From NCBI RefSeq assembly GCF_006345805.1, contig NC_042997.1:181412001-181476000 (forward strand): a DNA stretch of 64,000 bases, given 5' to 3'. The DNA comes from Octopus sinensis (taxonomy: Eukaryota). Shown in pieces: positions 1 through 13,157 of the stretch. The notes beneath the pieces were generated by a model. The model saw nothing but the letters and a program-made list of their open reading frames with translations. It ran no database searches and was not told the origin of the DNA. Each line of letters begins with the position of its first letter. Positions within the stretch are counted from its first letter, which is position 1. Made by a program: the position numbers and the translations under genes.

Positions 1-1014
1 TGATGATTTCTGTCGATTCACTAAATTCTACATTCCATGATGTGTGTATAACATCCATTATTTAAGTAACTTCAAATCTGGTTATAACTTAGAATAACTT
101 AGATTACTCCTAAAAAATTAGCAAATTTGATTTCCTTTACCGTAGACTATAAAATCTCTCTCTCTCTCTCTCTCTTTATATATATATATGAGGTATTTTG
201 GTTATCGCATTTACAGCCTTAAGTCTATATTAACAATTATTACGGAATTATTACAAGTATTCCCTCTGCGATAGATTAAGTAAACAAAGAGAGAAATTTT
301 CATTAGGTTTCTGTTCATATCTACTACAGAATTATCCGTCCGAGAAAATAATAAATATAGAAGATTATTATTAGTTAATTTAAACAATAATTTTTGAGTT
401 GTTGTATCGAAGACGTAATTGTTTATATATTTTTTGTTGCAGTTATACGTAGAAGACTTAGATACTTAATCATATACATTTATATACACACATATCTTAT
501 TGTTGCATGTTGTGGTGACAAACGACTATCTTTGACATGAAAGGGTTTCAATTAGTATGAGTTTGAGATGTAATGAAGTAAATTTCGCTGGTTGTGGATT
601 GCATTTGATTGATTGCATCGTCCGTTAAAGTGTATGTTTTTTTTTAATTGTAATTGGTGTATGATTGAATAGGTAATGCTGACGCTCATAACACAGGCAT
701 TTGAATTAATTTTTACAATCCAGTCGTCCTTTCATACGGAATTTCGTCTTTTTTTAAAACCATGACCCTGAAGTGACTTTATATAAAATGGAGCAATGAT
801 TATGTATATCAGAAAAATATATATAAATCGAAACAATTTGTTGGCTTTTATGGTTTTATAATTATTTATGTTATATAGTATTATGTTATGTTATATTAGT
901 TTCATAGTATTTAATGTAATATTATAGATAAATTATTGGATTGTCAATAGTATATCTCTATACTTAATTTATCTTTACCTCCCTCTCTCTCTCCTATATA
1001 TATATATATATATT

Positions 1015-1075
<61 letters not shown>

Positions 1076-1096
1076 TATAGATATATATATATATAG

Positions 1097-1242
1097 TTAA
1101 TCCAAATATGAAAGCACAACGCGAGGACGTGAACAAGTATGGTGTTAGTGGACGCTCAGGAAAGGAATGAAAGAAGGAGGTTTAACATTTCGAGCGGAGC
1201 TCTTCGTCAGAAATATAGGAAAAGGAAAGATCCAGGAAGGAA
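1097..1242 (-). mobile_element. Penelope-like element 3'/pLTR fragment with minimal hammerhead motif, between (TA)n tracts
   Basis: Minus strand ~1180-1214 reads CTGACGA-A-GAGC-TCC-GCTC-GAAA-TGT-TA. Clearly homologous to 54117-54250, which lies next to a Penelope RT remnant. Confidence 0.7.
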
Positions 1243-1246
1243 ATAT

Positions 1247-1305
<59 letters not shown>

Positions 1306-1325
1306 TATATATATATATATATATA

Positions 1326-1532
1326 CAGTAACAATAAAGGGTGAAATTAATTAATTTGGAATAATTATTAATTACACCAAGTAGATTTCGGCATGTAAAA
1401 GCCTCATTCGAGGAAAATTTAAGTAATATTAAGCAATTAAGGGTTTAGCAACGAATTGCCTCACCTTTGACTGCTATTTCTAAATTCGGTGTGTGGTGAG
1501 GCAATTCGTTGCTAACCCTTAATTGCTTAATA
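1326..1532. repeat. Small fold-back element between (TA)n tracts
   Basis: Inverted repeat 1427-1465 / 1495-1532 (TATTAAGCAATTAAGGGTT..GCCTCACC and its reverse complement), with (TA)n on both sides. Confidence 0.7.
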
Positions 1533-1644
1533 TATATATATACACTATATACATATATACTTATGTATACATACATACATACATATATATATATATATCT
1601 ATCTATCTATCTATATATATATATATATATAATATATATATATA

Positions 1645-1702
<58 letters not shown>

Positions 1703-2385
1703 TATATATATATATGTATGTATGTATGTATACATAAGTATATATGTATATATGTATATTTATATCTACACACACGCACTCACACACTCCACACACGCAC
1801 GTGCGATGTATATTGTGCAAAAAAAAAAAAAACACGTGAGATTTTGAATGAAATTCAAGACGCCTTCTAGGTGTGAGGCCTCTTTTGGTCAGCTCAGGAA
1901 ACGTAGTATTTAATGCAATTAAAAGCAAGACCTGCTTATCTTAAGTTTTACGCCCACGTGTTCGAACAGGATTTTGACAGGAAGTGGCAGGTTGCGGTAG
2001 GTTGCAGTAGGCTATGACAGGCTACGGAATAGTGTTAACAGCGACACCAGTATTAGGTACAACGCACGGTGCGAGTCTGCTCGGCCGTCGGCAGCGTCAA
2101 GTATCCCAAATGATTTAAGATATCAATCACACTGCAAGTACATTAAGGAGAGCTGTGATGGATATAGTTTTGTAAGTCTGGTGTAATATTCTCGGGTCAT
2201 CCTATCTATACGAAATTATGGTAAAAAGCAACTTCAAAAGAATCAGTTACTTACACGTAACATCTATATATGTGTATACATATGTATCTATATACATTTT
2301 TGTACACACACCTATTTATTTAGGTACATTGTGCTTATTAAATAATATTTCTCTCACTAGCTGGCTTACTTTTTTTTACAGTACA

Positions 2386-2434
<49 letters not shown>

Positions 2435-3247
2435 TGTAAAAAAACCCATGTAAGTTACGGACTTTTTCGCAAAAATAAAAATAAACTTTAATGGGTGGGT
2501 AAATTACATGAATTTTCGTGAATTTTTTTAGAAATTTTATTGTTCAGAAAAGACGTACAAAACGTATATTCTTTTGTTCGTGTATTCTTTTACTTGTTTC
2601 AGTCATTTGACTGCGGCCATGCTGGAGCACTGCAATTTAGTCGAACAAATCAACCCCTACTTATTCTTTGTAAGTCTAGATCTTATTCTATCGTCTCCTT
2701 TTCAGAATTGCTAAGTTACGGGGACGAAAACACACCAACATCGGCTGTCAAGCGATAGTGAGGGACAAACGCGCGCGCGCGCACACACACACACACACAA
2801 ATATACATACATAGATACATATATATATATGTATGTATCGATTGTCTGTGGTTATCCGTAGATTTATTGCAGGAACTTTATAGTGACGGTTGAGGTAACA
2901 GTATTAATAAAATAGATGGAATAAAAGATTTTATTTAGTACGACACATGTTTCGACCCGTTCTGGGCCCCTTCGGGCACATAAATAAATAAATAAATAAA
3001 AAGTCTCAATAGAAATTTTCTGATTCGGTTTTACGTATCGCTATATGTCAATCAACTTTGGGAATGATTATATACTGATACAGAGAAATTCACATTAAGG
3101 GAAAGGGAAAAAATTTAAAAAAAAAAAATTTTTTTTTAGCGATTATCTCCCTTACACCGGAAGAAATCACCCACTACCTTCCCTTATTTAGAACTCTCCG
3201 GAGCATAAACACAAGGATAACTCTATTCAACATAAACATAACGTCAC

Positions 3248-3286
3248 AAGAAATTTGAAAAGCTAACTGCGAAACCGGTCTTTCTT
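3248..3286 (+). ncRNA. Minimal hammerhead-like motif, U3-A8 core variant
   Basis: AAGAAA-T-TTGAAAA-GC-TAACT-GC-GAAA-CCGG-TC-TTTCTT. Confidence 0.55.
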
Positions 3287-3463
3287 TAAAAATTATGTCA
3301 TTATAAAAGAGAAAAAATTTTTTTTTTTTTTAAAATTTTCTAATATTCTTCAGACATATTGACGCAAAAATATATATATTTTTTAACATTTAAGCCTTCT
3401 GTCGTTTTTTCACTCTTTACTATTTTTTATATATTCACCCACGTGCTTTCACAAACCAACTTT

Positions 3464-3509
<46 letters not shown>

Positions 3510-3645
3510 GAGGGCATTATACATACATGCCAGGAGGCATTTACATACACGCCATACGCTAAGAGGGACAATCAGTCATTTCTACCAAAAATATTACTAA
3601 TCCCACCGAATGCAATTTTTCAAAGAAAGACATTTAAAAATATAT

Positions 3646-5132
3646 AGACCTGTATCACAGTGATTCATACTTACGTAATCATCAGCAGGCCTGAATATAC
3701 TATAAATAAACAACGACCCTGCTTCGCTTAAGCCGATCAGCTAACTGATCAACATCAACGAAGCACATGGGTGGGTTTATATATACTATATCCGGATGAA
3801 TGGCAAACTTTTACGAATTGCATTTCGGGAGAGAAAAGTTTTTTCGGAATAAAAATTTAGCAATTAAGGACAACTACTTAATAAGGAAAACTTAACAAGA
3901 AATTGTCAGGTAGATAGCGTAAAAACCTCATAAGAGAAAAAATTTCGAAAATAATTATTTCTTATTGAACATATTAATTTATATATAGAGGGCATTATAC
4001 ATACATGCCAGGAGGCATTCTACATACACGCCATACGCTAAGAGGGACAATCAGTCATTTCTACCAAAAATATTACTAATCCCACCGAATGCAATTTTTC
4101 AAAGAAAGACATTTAAAAATATATAGACCTGTATCACAGTGATTTCATACTTACGTAATCATCAGCAGGCCTGAATATACTATAAATAAACAACGACCCT
4201 GCTTCGCTTAAGCCGATCAGCTAACTGATCAACATCAACGAAGCACATGGGTGGGTTTATATATACTATATCCGGATGAATGGCAAACTTTTACGAATTG
4301 CATTTCGGGAGAGGAAAAGTTTTTTCGGAATAAAAATTTAGCAATTAAGGACAACTACTTAATAAGGAAAACTTAACAAGAAATTGTCAGGTAGATAGCG
4401 TAAAAACCTCATAAGAGAAAAAATTTCGAAAATAATTATTTCTTATTGAACATATTAATTTATATATAGAGGGCATTATACATACATGCCAGGAGGCATT
4501 CTACATACACGCCATACGCTAAGAGGGACAATCAGTCATTTCTACCAAAAATATTACTAATCCCACCGAATGCAATTTTTCAAAGAAAGACATTAAAAAT
4601 ATATAGACCTGTATCACAGTGATTTCATACTTACGTAATCATCAGCAGGCCTGAATATACTATAAATAAACAACGACCCTGCTTCGCTTAAGCCGATCAG
4701 CTAACTGATCAACATCAACGAAGCACATGGGTGGGTTTATATATACTATATCCGGATGAATGGCAAACTTTTACGAATTGCATTTCGGGAGAGGAAAAGT
4801 TTTTTCGGAATAAAAATTTAGCAATTAAGGACAACTACTTAATAAGAAAACTTAACAAGAAATTGTCAGGTAGATAGCGTAAAAACCTCATAAGAGAAAA
4901 AATTTCGAAAATAATTATTTCTTATTGAACATATTAATTTATATATAGAGGGCATTATACATACATGCCAGGAGGCATTCTACATACACGCCATACGCTA
5001 AGAGGGACAATCAGTCATTTCTACCAAAAATATTACTAATCCCACCGAATGCAATTTTTCAAAGAAAGACATTTAAAAATATATAGACCTGTATCACAGT
5101 GATTTCATACTTACGTAATCATCAGCAGGCCT
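3646..5132 (-). ncRNA. Four type-I hammerhead ribozymes (3646-3692, 4125-4172, 4605-4652, 5085-5132)
   Basis: Minus strand AGGCCTG-CTGATGA-TTAC-GTAA-GTAT-GAAA-TCAC-T-GTGA-TA-CAGGTCT. The first copy lacks one A of GAAA. Confidence 0.88.
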
Positions 5133-5197
5133 GAATATACTATAATAAACAACGACCCTGCTTCGCTTAAGGGTCGTTGTTTATTTATAGTATATTC

Positions 5198-6217
5198 AGG
5201 CCTGCTGATGATTACGTAAGTATGAAATCACTGTGATACAGGTCTATATATTTTTAAATGTCTTTCTTTGAAAAATTGCATTCGGTGGGATTAGTAATAT
5301 TTTTGGTTTTTTTTGGTAGAAATGACTGATTGTCCCTCTTAGCGTATGGCGTGTATGTAGATGCCTCCTGGCATGTATGTATAATGCCCTCTATATATAA
5401 ATTAATATGTTCAATAAGAAATAATTATTTTCGAAATTTTTCTCTTATGAGGTTTTTACGCTATCTACCTGACAATTCTTGTTAAGTTTTCCTTATTAAG
5501 TAGTTGTCCTAATTGCTAAATTTTTATTCCGAAAAAACTTTTCTTCTCCCGAAATGCAATTCGTAAAGTTTGCCATTCATCCGGATATAGTATATATAAA
5601 ACCACCCATGTGCTTCGTTGATGTTGATCAGTTAGCTGATCGGCTTAAGCGAAGCAGGGTCGTTGTTTATTTATAGTATATTCAGGCTGCTGCTGCTGAT
5701 GATTACGTAAGTATGAAATCACTGTGATACAGGTCTATATATTTTTAAATGTCTTTCTTTGAAAAATTGCATTCGGTGGGATTAGTAATATTTTTGGTAG
5801 AAATGACTGATTGTCCCTCTTAGCGTATGGCGTGTATGTAGAATGCCTCCTGGCATGTATGTATAATGCCTCTATATATAAATTAATATGTTCAATAAGA
5901 AATAATTATTTTCGAAATTTTTTCTCTTATGAGGTTTTTACGCTATCTACCTGACAATTTCTTGTTAAGTTTTCCTTATTAAGTAGTTGTCCTTAATTGC
6001 TAAATTTTTATTCCGAAAAAACTTTTCCTCTCCCGAAATGCAATTCGTAAAAGTTTTGCCATTCATCCGGATATAGTATATATAAACCCACCCATGTGCT
6101 TCGTTGATGTTGATCAGTTAGCTGATCGGCTTAAGCGAAGCAGGGTCGTTGTTTATTTATAGTATATTCAGGCCTGCTGATGATTACGTAAGTATGAAAT
6201 CACTGTGATACAGGTCT
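5198..6217 (+). ncRNA. Three type-I hammerhead ribozymes (5198-5245, 5684-5736, 6170-6217)
   Basis: Same motif on the plus strand: CTGATGA core, GAAA, 7-bp stem I, predicted AUA cleavage triplet. The middle copy has a CTG expansion in stem I. Confidence 0.88.
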
Positions 6218-6479
6218 ATATATTTTTAAATGTCTTTCTTTGAAAAATTGCATTCGGTGGGATTAGTAATATTTTGGTAGAAATGACTGATTGTCCCTCT
6301 TAGCGTATGGCGTGTATGTAGAATGCCTCCTGGCATGTATGTATAATGCCCTCTATATATAAATTAATATGTTCAATAAGAAATAATTATTTTCGAAATT
6401 TTTTCTCTTATGAGGTTTTTACGCTATCTACCTGACAATTTCTTGTTAAGTTTTCCTTATTAAGTAGTTGTCCTAATTG

Positions 6480-6513
<34 letters not shown>

Positions 6514-6612
6514 TTATATACGACAGGCTTCTTTCAGTTTACGTCTTCCAAATCCACTCACAAGGCTTTGGTCGGTCCAAGGTTACAGTAGAAGATACTT
6601 GTCCAACTATGT

Positions 6613-6668
<56 letters not shown>

Positions 6669-9600
6669 TCCAGAGATTCTCACCCTGGAAGACATTTAGT
6701 AGCGCTCATATGATTCGAACTTAACTTAGACTCCGATGTTTTTACAGGGGATAAATTCAATGGAATAAAGAATGGCTATAAGAGGAATCAAGTTCAGCAA
6801 ATGTCAAGGCAACTATGAGGATAAACAAATTGAATATATTAAATATAACAGCTTGGGTATGAAATACGGATCTTTGAGCCCCCCCCCAAAAAAAAACAAC
6901 AACTGTTGGACTTACAACACTTTAATTCCTCCCCTTTAATTTTCTCTGTAGTTTGTACTCTGTGTAAGTTGGATCTATTAATTTGAATATCTATATATTT
7001 ATCTATATATTTATACTCAAATATTCACCGTCTGAAAGCCTCCACTCTTTGCTTTCTCTCGTTTTGCATGTAAACATATATACACATTTTGTATTTCATT
7101 CCTAAGCTGTTATATTTAATTTGTTTATCCGCATAATTGACTCTCTCTCTCCCTCTCTCTCCTATGTATGTATGTATGTATGTATGTATGTATGTATGTG
7201 CGTGCGTGCGAGCGTGCGTGCATGCGTGCCAGCGCGCACGCGTGTATACTAAACGATAGATTAGAGTTTCTGGAAGTGATTTATCTAGATAAAATTTAAG
7301 CAAAATATTCCAAGCTTTGTGCAGCTGTTGAATCCGTCTTACTAGTTTCTCCGAGTTCCTCAATCGTAATTTGGGTTTTGCCTTGTGTATTATTTTCTAG
7401 GTAAACAGAGAAAAATTTGAACGTAGAACGTGATGATTTGCGACTCAAACTCATAAAATTGCAATTAAATATTCATCATTTCCATGTCCGTCAAATCTTC
7501 CTTCTCTTTAAAAATTAATTCAAGCATTAAAGGTACTTTTGCATTTATAGCTAACTTTCTTATGTTGATCATTTTTCAGTCATATTGTAATTGCATCACT
7601 GCAAATTCTATACTTTTCTCATGTTAATTGTATTAAGCACTGATGATTAATTATGTTTTGTTATTTAATATATCATTAATCTGGCTATGAATGGAAATTA
7701 AATTTTGTCAAAGGTGTATCGATTAAAAAGTTTGAGAAACCCAGCTATAGACTATGCCATATGCAAGCAAGCGATAAAGATAAAATTGCTTGACCATCTA
7801 GAAATAGCAATAAAATCCCCTTCACATCACACCTACCCTTTAAAAAAAGTTCATATTGGACAAGACAATATAGTCCGAGATACATTATGCCTGAAAAAAT
7901 AGTAGAATGACTTTGAACATTAGTCAGTGCAATGAGGGTTGGACAGCAACTTTAATTTCCCAATATGTGCACGAATCTATGGAGACATGCTTCCGTACAT
8001 CACTTATCTCCATAAAAGTTAACCTTTCTGTCCTTACCGGCTAACAACTCGTCGCTCTTACTTCCAGCATTTCGAAAGTGACGGAAATATTTTACAATTA
8101 CTTTGATCCCCATCGGTTTCTCCCTCGTTAGTCTTTACTACTGTTACATAGGAATAAAATCTACCGGAAACTCGCTCAACTTACTGATTCCCCAATGCTC
8201 CTTCACCATTGTGAACTCCGAAGAAAACCTTCAATTGCATCTAAGGTACTAAAGCTTTATAGCTAAGTTACTCACATATGGTCTTCATCTGTCTGTTATT
8301 TTCTGGAACGGAAAATTCTTGTTAAACTGTATCAGTGGAGCATGCGACGGTGAGGCTGTCCTATCCACTAAGTGGCAGTATTTTACAAACTTGTATATTT
8401 ACTCCGTATATTACGATCTACAAAGTGTCTCAACTAACCACACACACTCCCGATCCGATTATAGTACTCTTTAATTTCTCATTAATCATCTGCACACAGG
8501 TGTCATTCACTAGTAACCTAAATACCTGATGCCAAATATACTTTGATTTTATAAGCAGAGACCTTGCTATTATCTTTCAATAATGACATGTCAATTTATT
8601 TCCTTTTAACAGTGTGCAGAGACTTACTCCAGATGTCAAAGAAAGGAACTTTTACTTCCTCTCCAATCATGAACAGTTTACAAAACCTTCAAAGCTGTTA
8701 CAAAATCTTAGGTCTTTCAATCTCTGATCTCTCGTGGTGACCTCCGTACACGAAACACTTCCAAAACTGCGTTAAAGAAACTAAGATTGATCTTCAGTAC
8801 CAAGTTCTAAAACATTGCTCTACCAAGATCAAATAAACTCAAACTGGATCACGTACACAGGATAAGGCTATTGGTAGACATGCAACCATCCTGAACCACA
8901 CTCAAAAGAAGACTATTCAATACCTATTCAATAAACTGACTTAAGTTCATTTACGTGCTCTGTTACTTCTCTCTGATACTTTTATCACTACTACAATAGA
9001 TAATACCCTTCCAAACCATCCCTCTGTATATGCTTGCGATCCAGGAGAACTTGTTTTTCACCGTCTTGTCACGTTTATCGTGTATTACCTTACAGACTCC
9101 AGACTAAACACTCTGGTCAGGTACTTCCCTACAGAACTCTAATCCTCTTGAATTTTTTCCTCACCCACGTTTTATCTACGCATATCGATCTATAGACGTT
9201 CAAGCTGAATGTCAACTGCATCAGACAAACCAGTTTAGAGAGGCCTTGTAAATGTCACCCGTACCTTCCTCTTCTCTTATGAAATATATACATGTATGTA
9301 AATTCAGAACGATTAAAGAACGAAATGACACAAACACGCTCATTCAAACGCACATATATACGTGCAGACATGTTTAGATACATAGATACATACAAACACA
9401 GAAACACACACACACACGCACGCACGCACGCACGCACGCACGAACACACACACACACACCACACACACACACACACACACGCACACACGCGCGCGCGCGC
9501 ACACACATACATACATATAAGGACATAGATACATAATATGTAGGGTTATGACTTTTTGATTTTTTGAAAGTATACAATTTTCTGTATTAAAAATCGATGA

Positions 9601-9967
9601 ACAATTTTATATAAGTAGGGAAAATAACCTTCATTTTAAGTTTTTTTTTTTAAAAAAACGTCACCTCCTACTGAAGAAATCTAACACACCTTTTGATCCA
9701 AATCATGCAAAATTCTAGGGGGTTTCATAATATCAACTCTGACTTAATGTGTGCTGACTTAATGTAATGCAGAAACAGTATATCTCAAATTTCAGCTTTC
9801 AAGTTTAAGTAATTTAGGAGTTATAGAGTTTTTAATTTGTTACCACGTAGGCCCTACTTTAGGAAATATCCACTTCGTCTCCTTTTTATTTCTGTAATGC
9901 TAAAAACTCTCATTATATTAACTGTTGTTCAGAATAGTAGGCTTATCCAACTAGAGTATCTAAAATA

Positions 9968-11967
9968 ATGTCTCATAACAGAAGTGCTTGTGTAACTCAA
10001 AGAAACAAAAAAATCTGGACGAAGAAACTCGTGCAATTTCAAGACTCACATAGGAAAAGAAGACCTGTTCCTCTAGAAGAGCATTCTTTGGAAAACAACT
10101 GCAGGATACCAATGAAACTTCAAATTGTCGGCCGCTTTCTGTTTCTTTGAGATACCATCAAAGGAAGGAAAGAAAGAACAAAGGAAATTTCGAAAGAAGT
10201 AACCTTTTTGTGGCAAAAGAAAGTAAATTTCCCATATTTAACAGTTCAAAATATACAAGCAAAAGTAGAAAAAGTGCTGAATACTTACGATAAATGTATT
10301 AAATAAAGAAAATACAATCCATTGAAAGGAATCTTTGACATCATAAAGGAAAACGGTGAATGGCTGTGCAGTGAGGATAGAAGGTTATATTATCTTCAAA
10401 TTGAAAGTAAGGAAGAGGTTGGGTATGCAATTGGAAAGACAGCCAGTTCCATCCATTAAGAAGAAAAGTGTCCTTAATGCTAACTTCAACCAGAGCAATT
10501 CCAGTGTCATCGTCAACGTCTGAAGCAGAGAATGAAAGTGAATGCCAAGTGTCTGAAAAATTAGATGAAGAATCCACATAAACAAGGAGGAAGTATAGCA
10601 AAACTGGAACTGCAACCAAGTTAGTAATACCTTAAAGCAGCAACATTTTGTCGACAATTATCTCAAGATGGAATCAATGTCGAGACTCCTTCCCAATCTG
10701 GTATTTACAGACCGACTACCAAAAAAAAAAAAAAAAAAATGAAGGAAACACTACATTTAGAAAACTGGTCATTGCATTTTGATGGCAAACGTATTGATGA
10801 CCAAGAACACCAAGAGCTAGCTTTAAAGAATGAACAGTGAGAAGTTAAGTTAGTAGCACTCCAATTGCCAAATGGAAAAGCTGATACTATTGTGAAAGGA
10901 ATAACAGCTGTTTTAGATGAATACAATTTATGGGATGATGTAAAGATGATTGTCGCTAATACAACGAGTGTGAACACTGGGAAAAGAAATGGCATTGTCA
11001 TTCAAAGACTGTTTGCTCAAAAAGGTTTGAAAGAACCGCAATTTATTGGTTGTCGGCATCAATATCCTTGATAGAGTTCTTCGTGTTGTAATGGATAACG
11101 ATATTGGAGAAAAGAAGTCATCTCCCAATATTGAATATACATTCATCTCAGAGCTTCTAGTAGAGGCGCAATGGCCCAGTGGTTAGGGACGCGGACTCGC
11201 GGTCGGAGGATCGCGGTTTCGATTCCCAAACCGGGCGTTGTTTGTGTTTATTGAGCGAAAACACCTAAAAGCTCTACGAGGCTCCGGCAGGAGATGGTAG
11301 CAACCCCTGTTGTACTCTTTCACCACAACTTTCTCTCACTCTCTCTTCCTGTTTCTTGAGTATTGCTGGGATGGACTGGCGTCCCGTCTAGCTGGTGGGA
11401 ACACATACGCCACAGAAACCGGGAAACCGGGCCCATGAGCCTGGCTAGGCTTGAAAAGGGCGACGTTCATCGTTTTATCAGAGTTTCTAAGTAATTGCGA
11501 GAAACTTCAGGCTAATTTCAACATTGGTGAAGAAAAGATTACTGAATTAGCAGGATGACAAGATGACATGAAATTTATATTTCATTTGACCAGAGCTTTT
11601 CGTTTCTTTGAAGAAACCGGCAAATTTCCTACTGTAAAGTTTCAAAAAACACCCAACTTAAGTAATACAAGATGGAATTCTCGAGCAATACTAGATCTTT
11701 TGGCATTTCTTCTACCAGAGAAAAGAGTGTTGTTTCTGACCAAATGTTCAATGCACATTATTATCAGAAGTTATGTGGTAGCCTGCAAGTTCATAAAAAA
11801 GCACTGAGCTCTGTAAAAAAACTTTTGAAGTCGAAAACCACCAAAGCTGGAAATTCCCAGAACAAACGAGAGTGCAGAACGAGCACACCAATGGCTTCAC
11901 GATCTTTATGATGTTTGTAAAAAGGAGAAACTTCAGCTTCGATTTATTTTATTTAACAAAACATTAA
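9968..11967 (+). pseudogene. hAT-like transposase pseudogene (frameshifts, stops, SINE insertion)
   Basis: Motifs LHFDGK, (D/N)TTSVNTGKRNG, GCRH and SNTRWNSRA in successive frames. Confidence 0.75.
11163..11470 (+). mobile_element. tRNA-derived SINE inserted in the transposase
   Basis: A/B-box-like head (TGGCCCAGTGG...GGTTTCGATTCC). Flanking TCAGAG(C/T)TTCTA duplication. Related head at 52123. Confidence 0.75.
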
Positions 11968-13083
11968 TTCTGTTACGTTTAAAGATTTGCTAACATTCAG
12001 CATCCTTTTTCTCATACAGTTATTTAAAATTGGAATTAAACCTATAAAGTAAAAAAATATGTACTATTTTTAATTTTGTATGTTATCGAATGCCTGTAAT
12101 GGCCTCTGTCTTAAAATAGCCTAGTTTTGAACCTTTGCATAGAGCAATTTCAATTCAGTAATCTTAAAAATGTATAAATACACTTTTATTCCACATCTCT
12201 CTTGCGTTTACAAGGATTTAGGCAGCGGAAATACTAAAGTGTGATACTAATGCCACCTAGTGATTATAATTTAAAAAGCTCACAACTCCGAAACTACTTC
12301 AACTAGAAAGCTGAAAATTCAGCTATGCTATTTCTGCATTGCGTTGTGATTAGCACACCAAGTTTGGTAAAAATTTGAGCAGGTGTTATTCCCCCACCCA
12401 CTAAAATTTTGCATAATTTGGGTCAAAAGTGGTGATCGATTTCTTAAGTTGGGGGTGACTTTTGTTTCAAATAAAGCAAAATAAATGTTAGTTTCCTGAC
12501 TTTTATAAACTTATTCATCGAATTACAGTATGGGGTTATTAGGTTGTGAAAAAGTCATAACCGTAATACAATTACATACATACATACACACACACACACC
12601 ACACACACACACACACACGCATATATACGTTTGTATCTTTGTGCTTAATTTTTACTAGATAAATGTTTGTTACTGGTAAAATAGTTGGTGTACTCGAGGC
12701 ATTGCCTTGAACACATTCGAATCTCTCTTCACCGTTCGCATTTCACTTCCGCCGCTCCTTCGGTATCGGAGAAGTATTGTTGAAATTAAATCTAAACGCA
12801 AAAATATATCGCATACAGTTCTCAAGTTTCTAATCAGTTGTCAGTCTTCGTTGAAACACACAACACAAAGAGACTTTTAGTTATGCCCTATTATTCCATT
12901 GATGGAGTACCTGAGTCGGATTAAAGTCAATTGATTTTCTAAGCACAACCAAACAATAGTGCACTGCCGACCCTTCCATTGTCTAACATGACTTTAACAC
13001 ATACCTGCTTGGCTTCTATTTATTGTTTCGATACTAGCTGAACTAAACCATGTGCAATAAAGCTTTCTTATATGGAAACAATT

Positions 13084-13157
13084 GGTATTATGGTGTACTG
13101 GTTAGCACCTTAAACTCTGAGTTCAGCGAACCGAATTTGAATCTATACGTGGAATTT
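13084..13157 (+). pseudogene. Degenerate tRNA-Gln(CTG) pseudogene
   Basis: GGTATTATGGTGTACTGGTTAGCAC..ACTCTGAGTTCAGCGA.. resembles canonical eukaryotic tRNA-Gln-CTG, but the stems and T-loop are disrupted. Confidence 0.65.

Larger units (their letters stand above)
3500..6480. repeat. Tandem array of ~480-bp monomers (~3.5 + ~2.7 copies) with a central inversion near 5165 and one hammerhead per monomer
   Basis: Near-identical units with period 479-480. Orientation flips at ...GACCCT gcttcgctta AGGGTC.... (TA)n tracts at both ends. Confidence 0.95.
2583..6610 (-). mobile_element. tRNA-derived CORE-type SINE split at its internal microsatellite (3' half ~2583-2830, 5' part ~6520-6610)
   Basis: Both halves match the intact copies at 26750-27260 and 59988-60370. 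The gap is filled by HHR-bearing inserts. Confidence 0.7.
9541..12565 (+). mobile_element. Decayed hAT-superfamily (hATm-like) DNA transposon with long imperfect terminal inverted repeats
   Basis: Ends TAGGGTTATGACTTTTT / AAAAAGTCATAACCGTA. Subterminal inverted similarity continues for ~300 bp. Internal transposase remnants. No clear TSD. Confidence 0.75.

Noticed and set aside
2940-2982. Additional hammerhead-like remnants (also ~1380-1415, ~6700-6750, ~20500-20560, ~61225-61255)
   Set aside because: Each has some helix/GAAA-like elements, but the CUGANGA core is corrupted. Not counted as ribozymes.
3500-6480. CRISPR-like array or ordinary satellite
   Set aside because: There are no unique spacers and the context is eukaryotic. 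The ribozyme motif and inversion fit a retroelement origin better.
6812-7140. ~50-bp inverted repeat (~6815-6866 / ~7090-7135)
   Set aside because: Possibly another decayed fold-back element, but too degenerate to define ends or a ribozyme.
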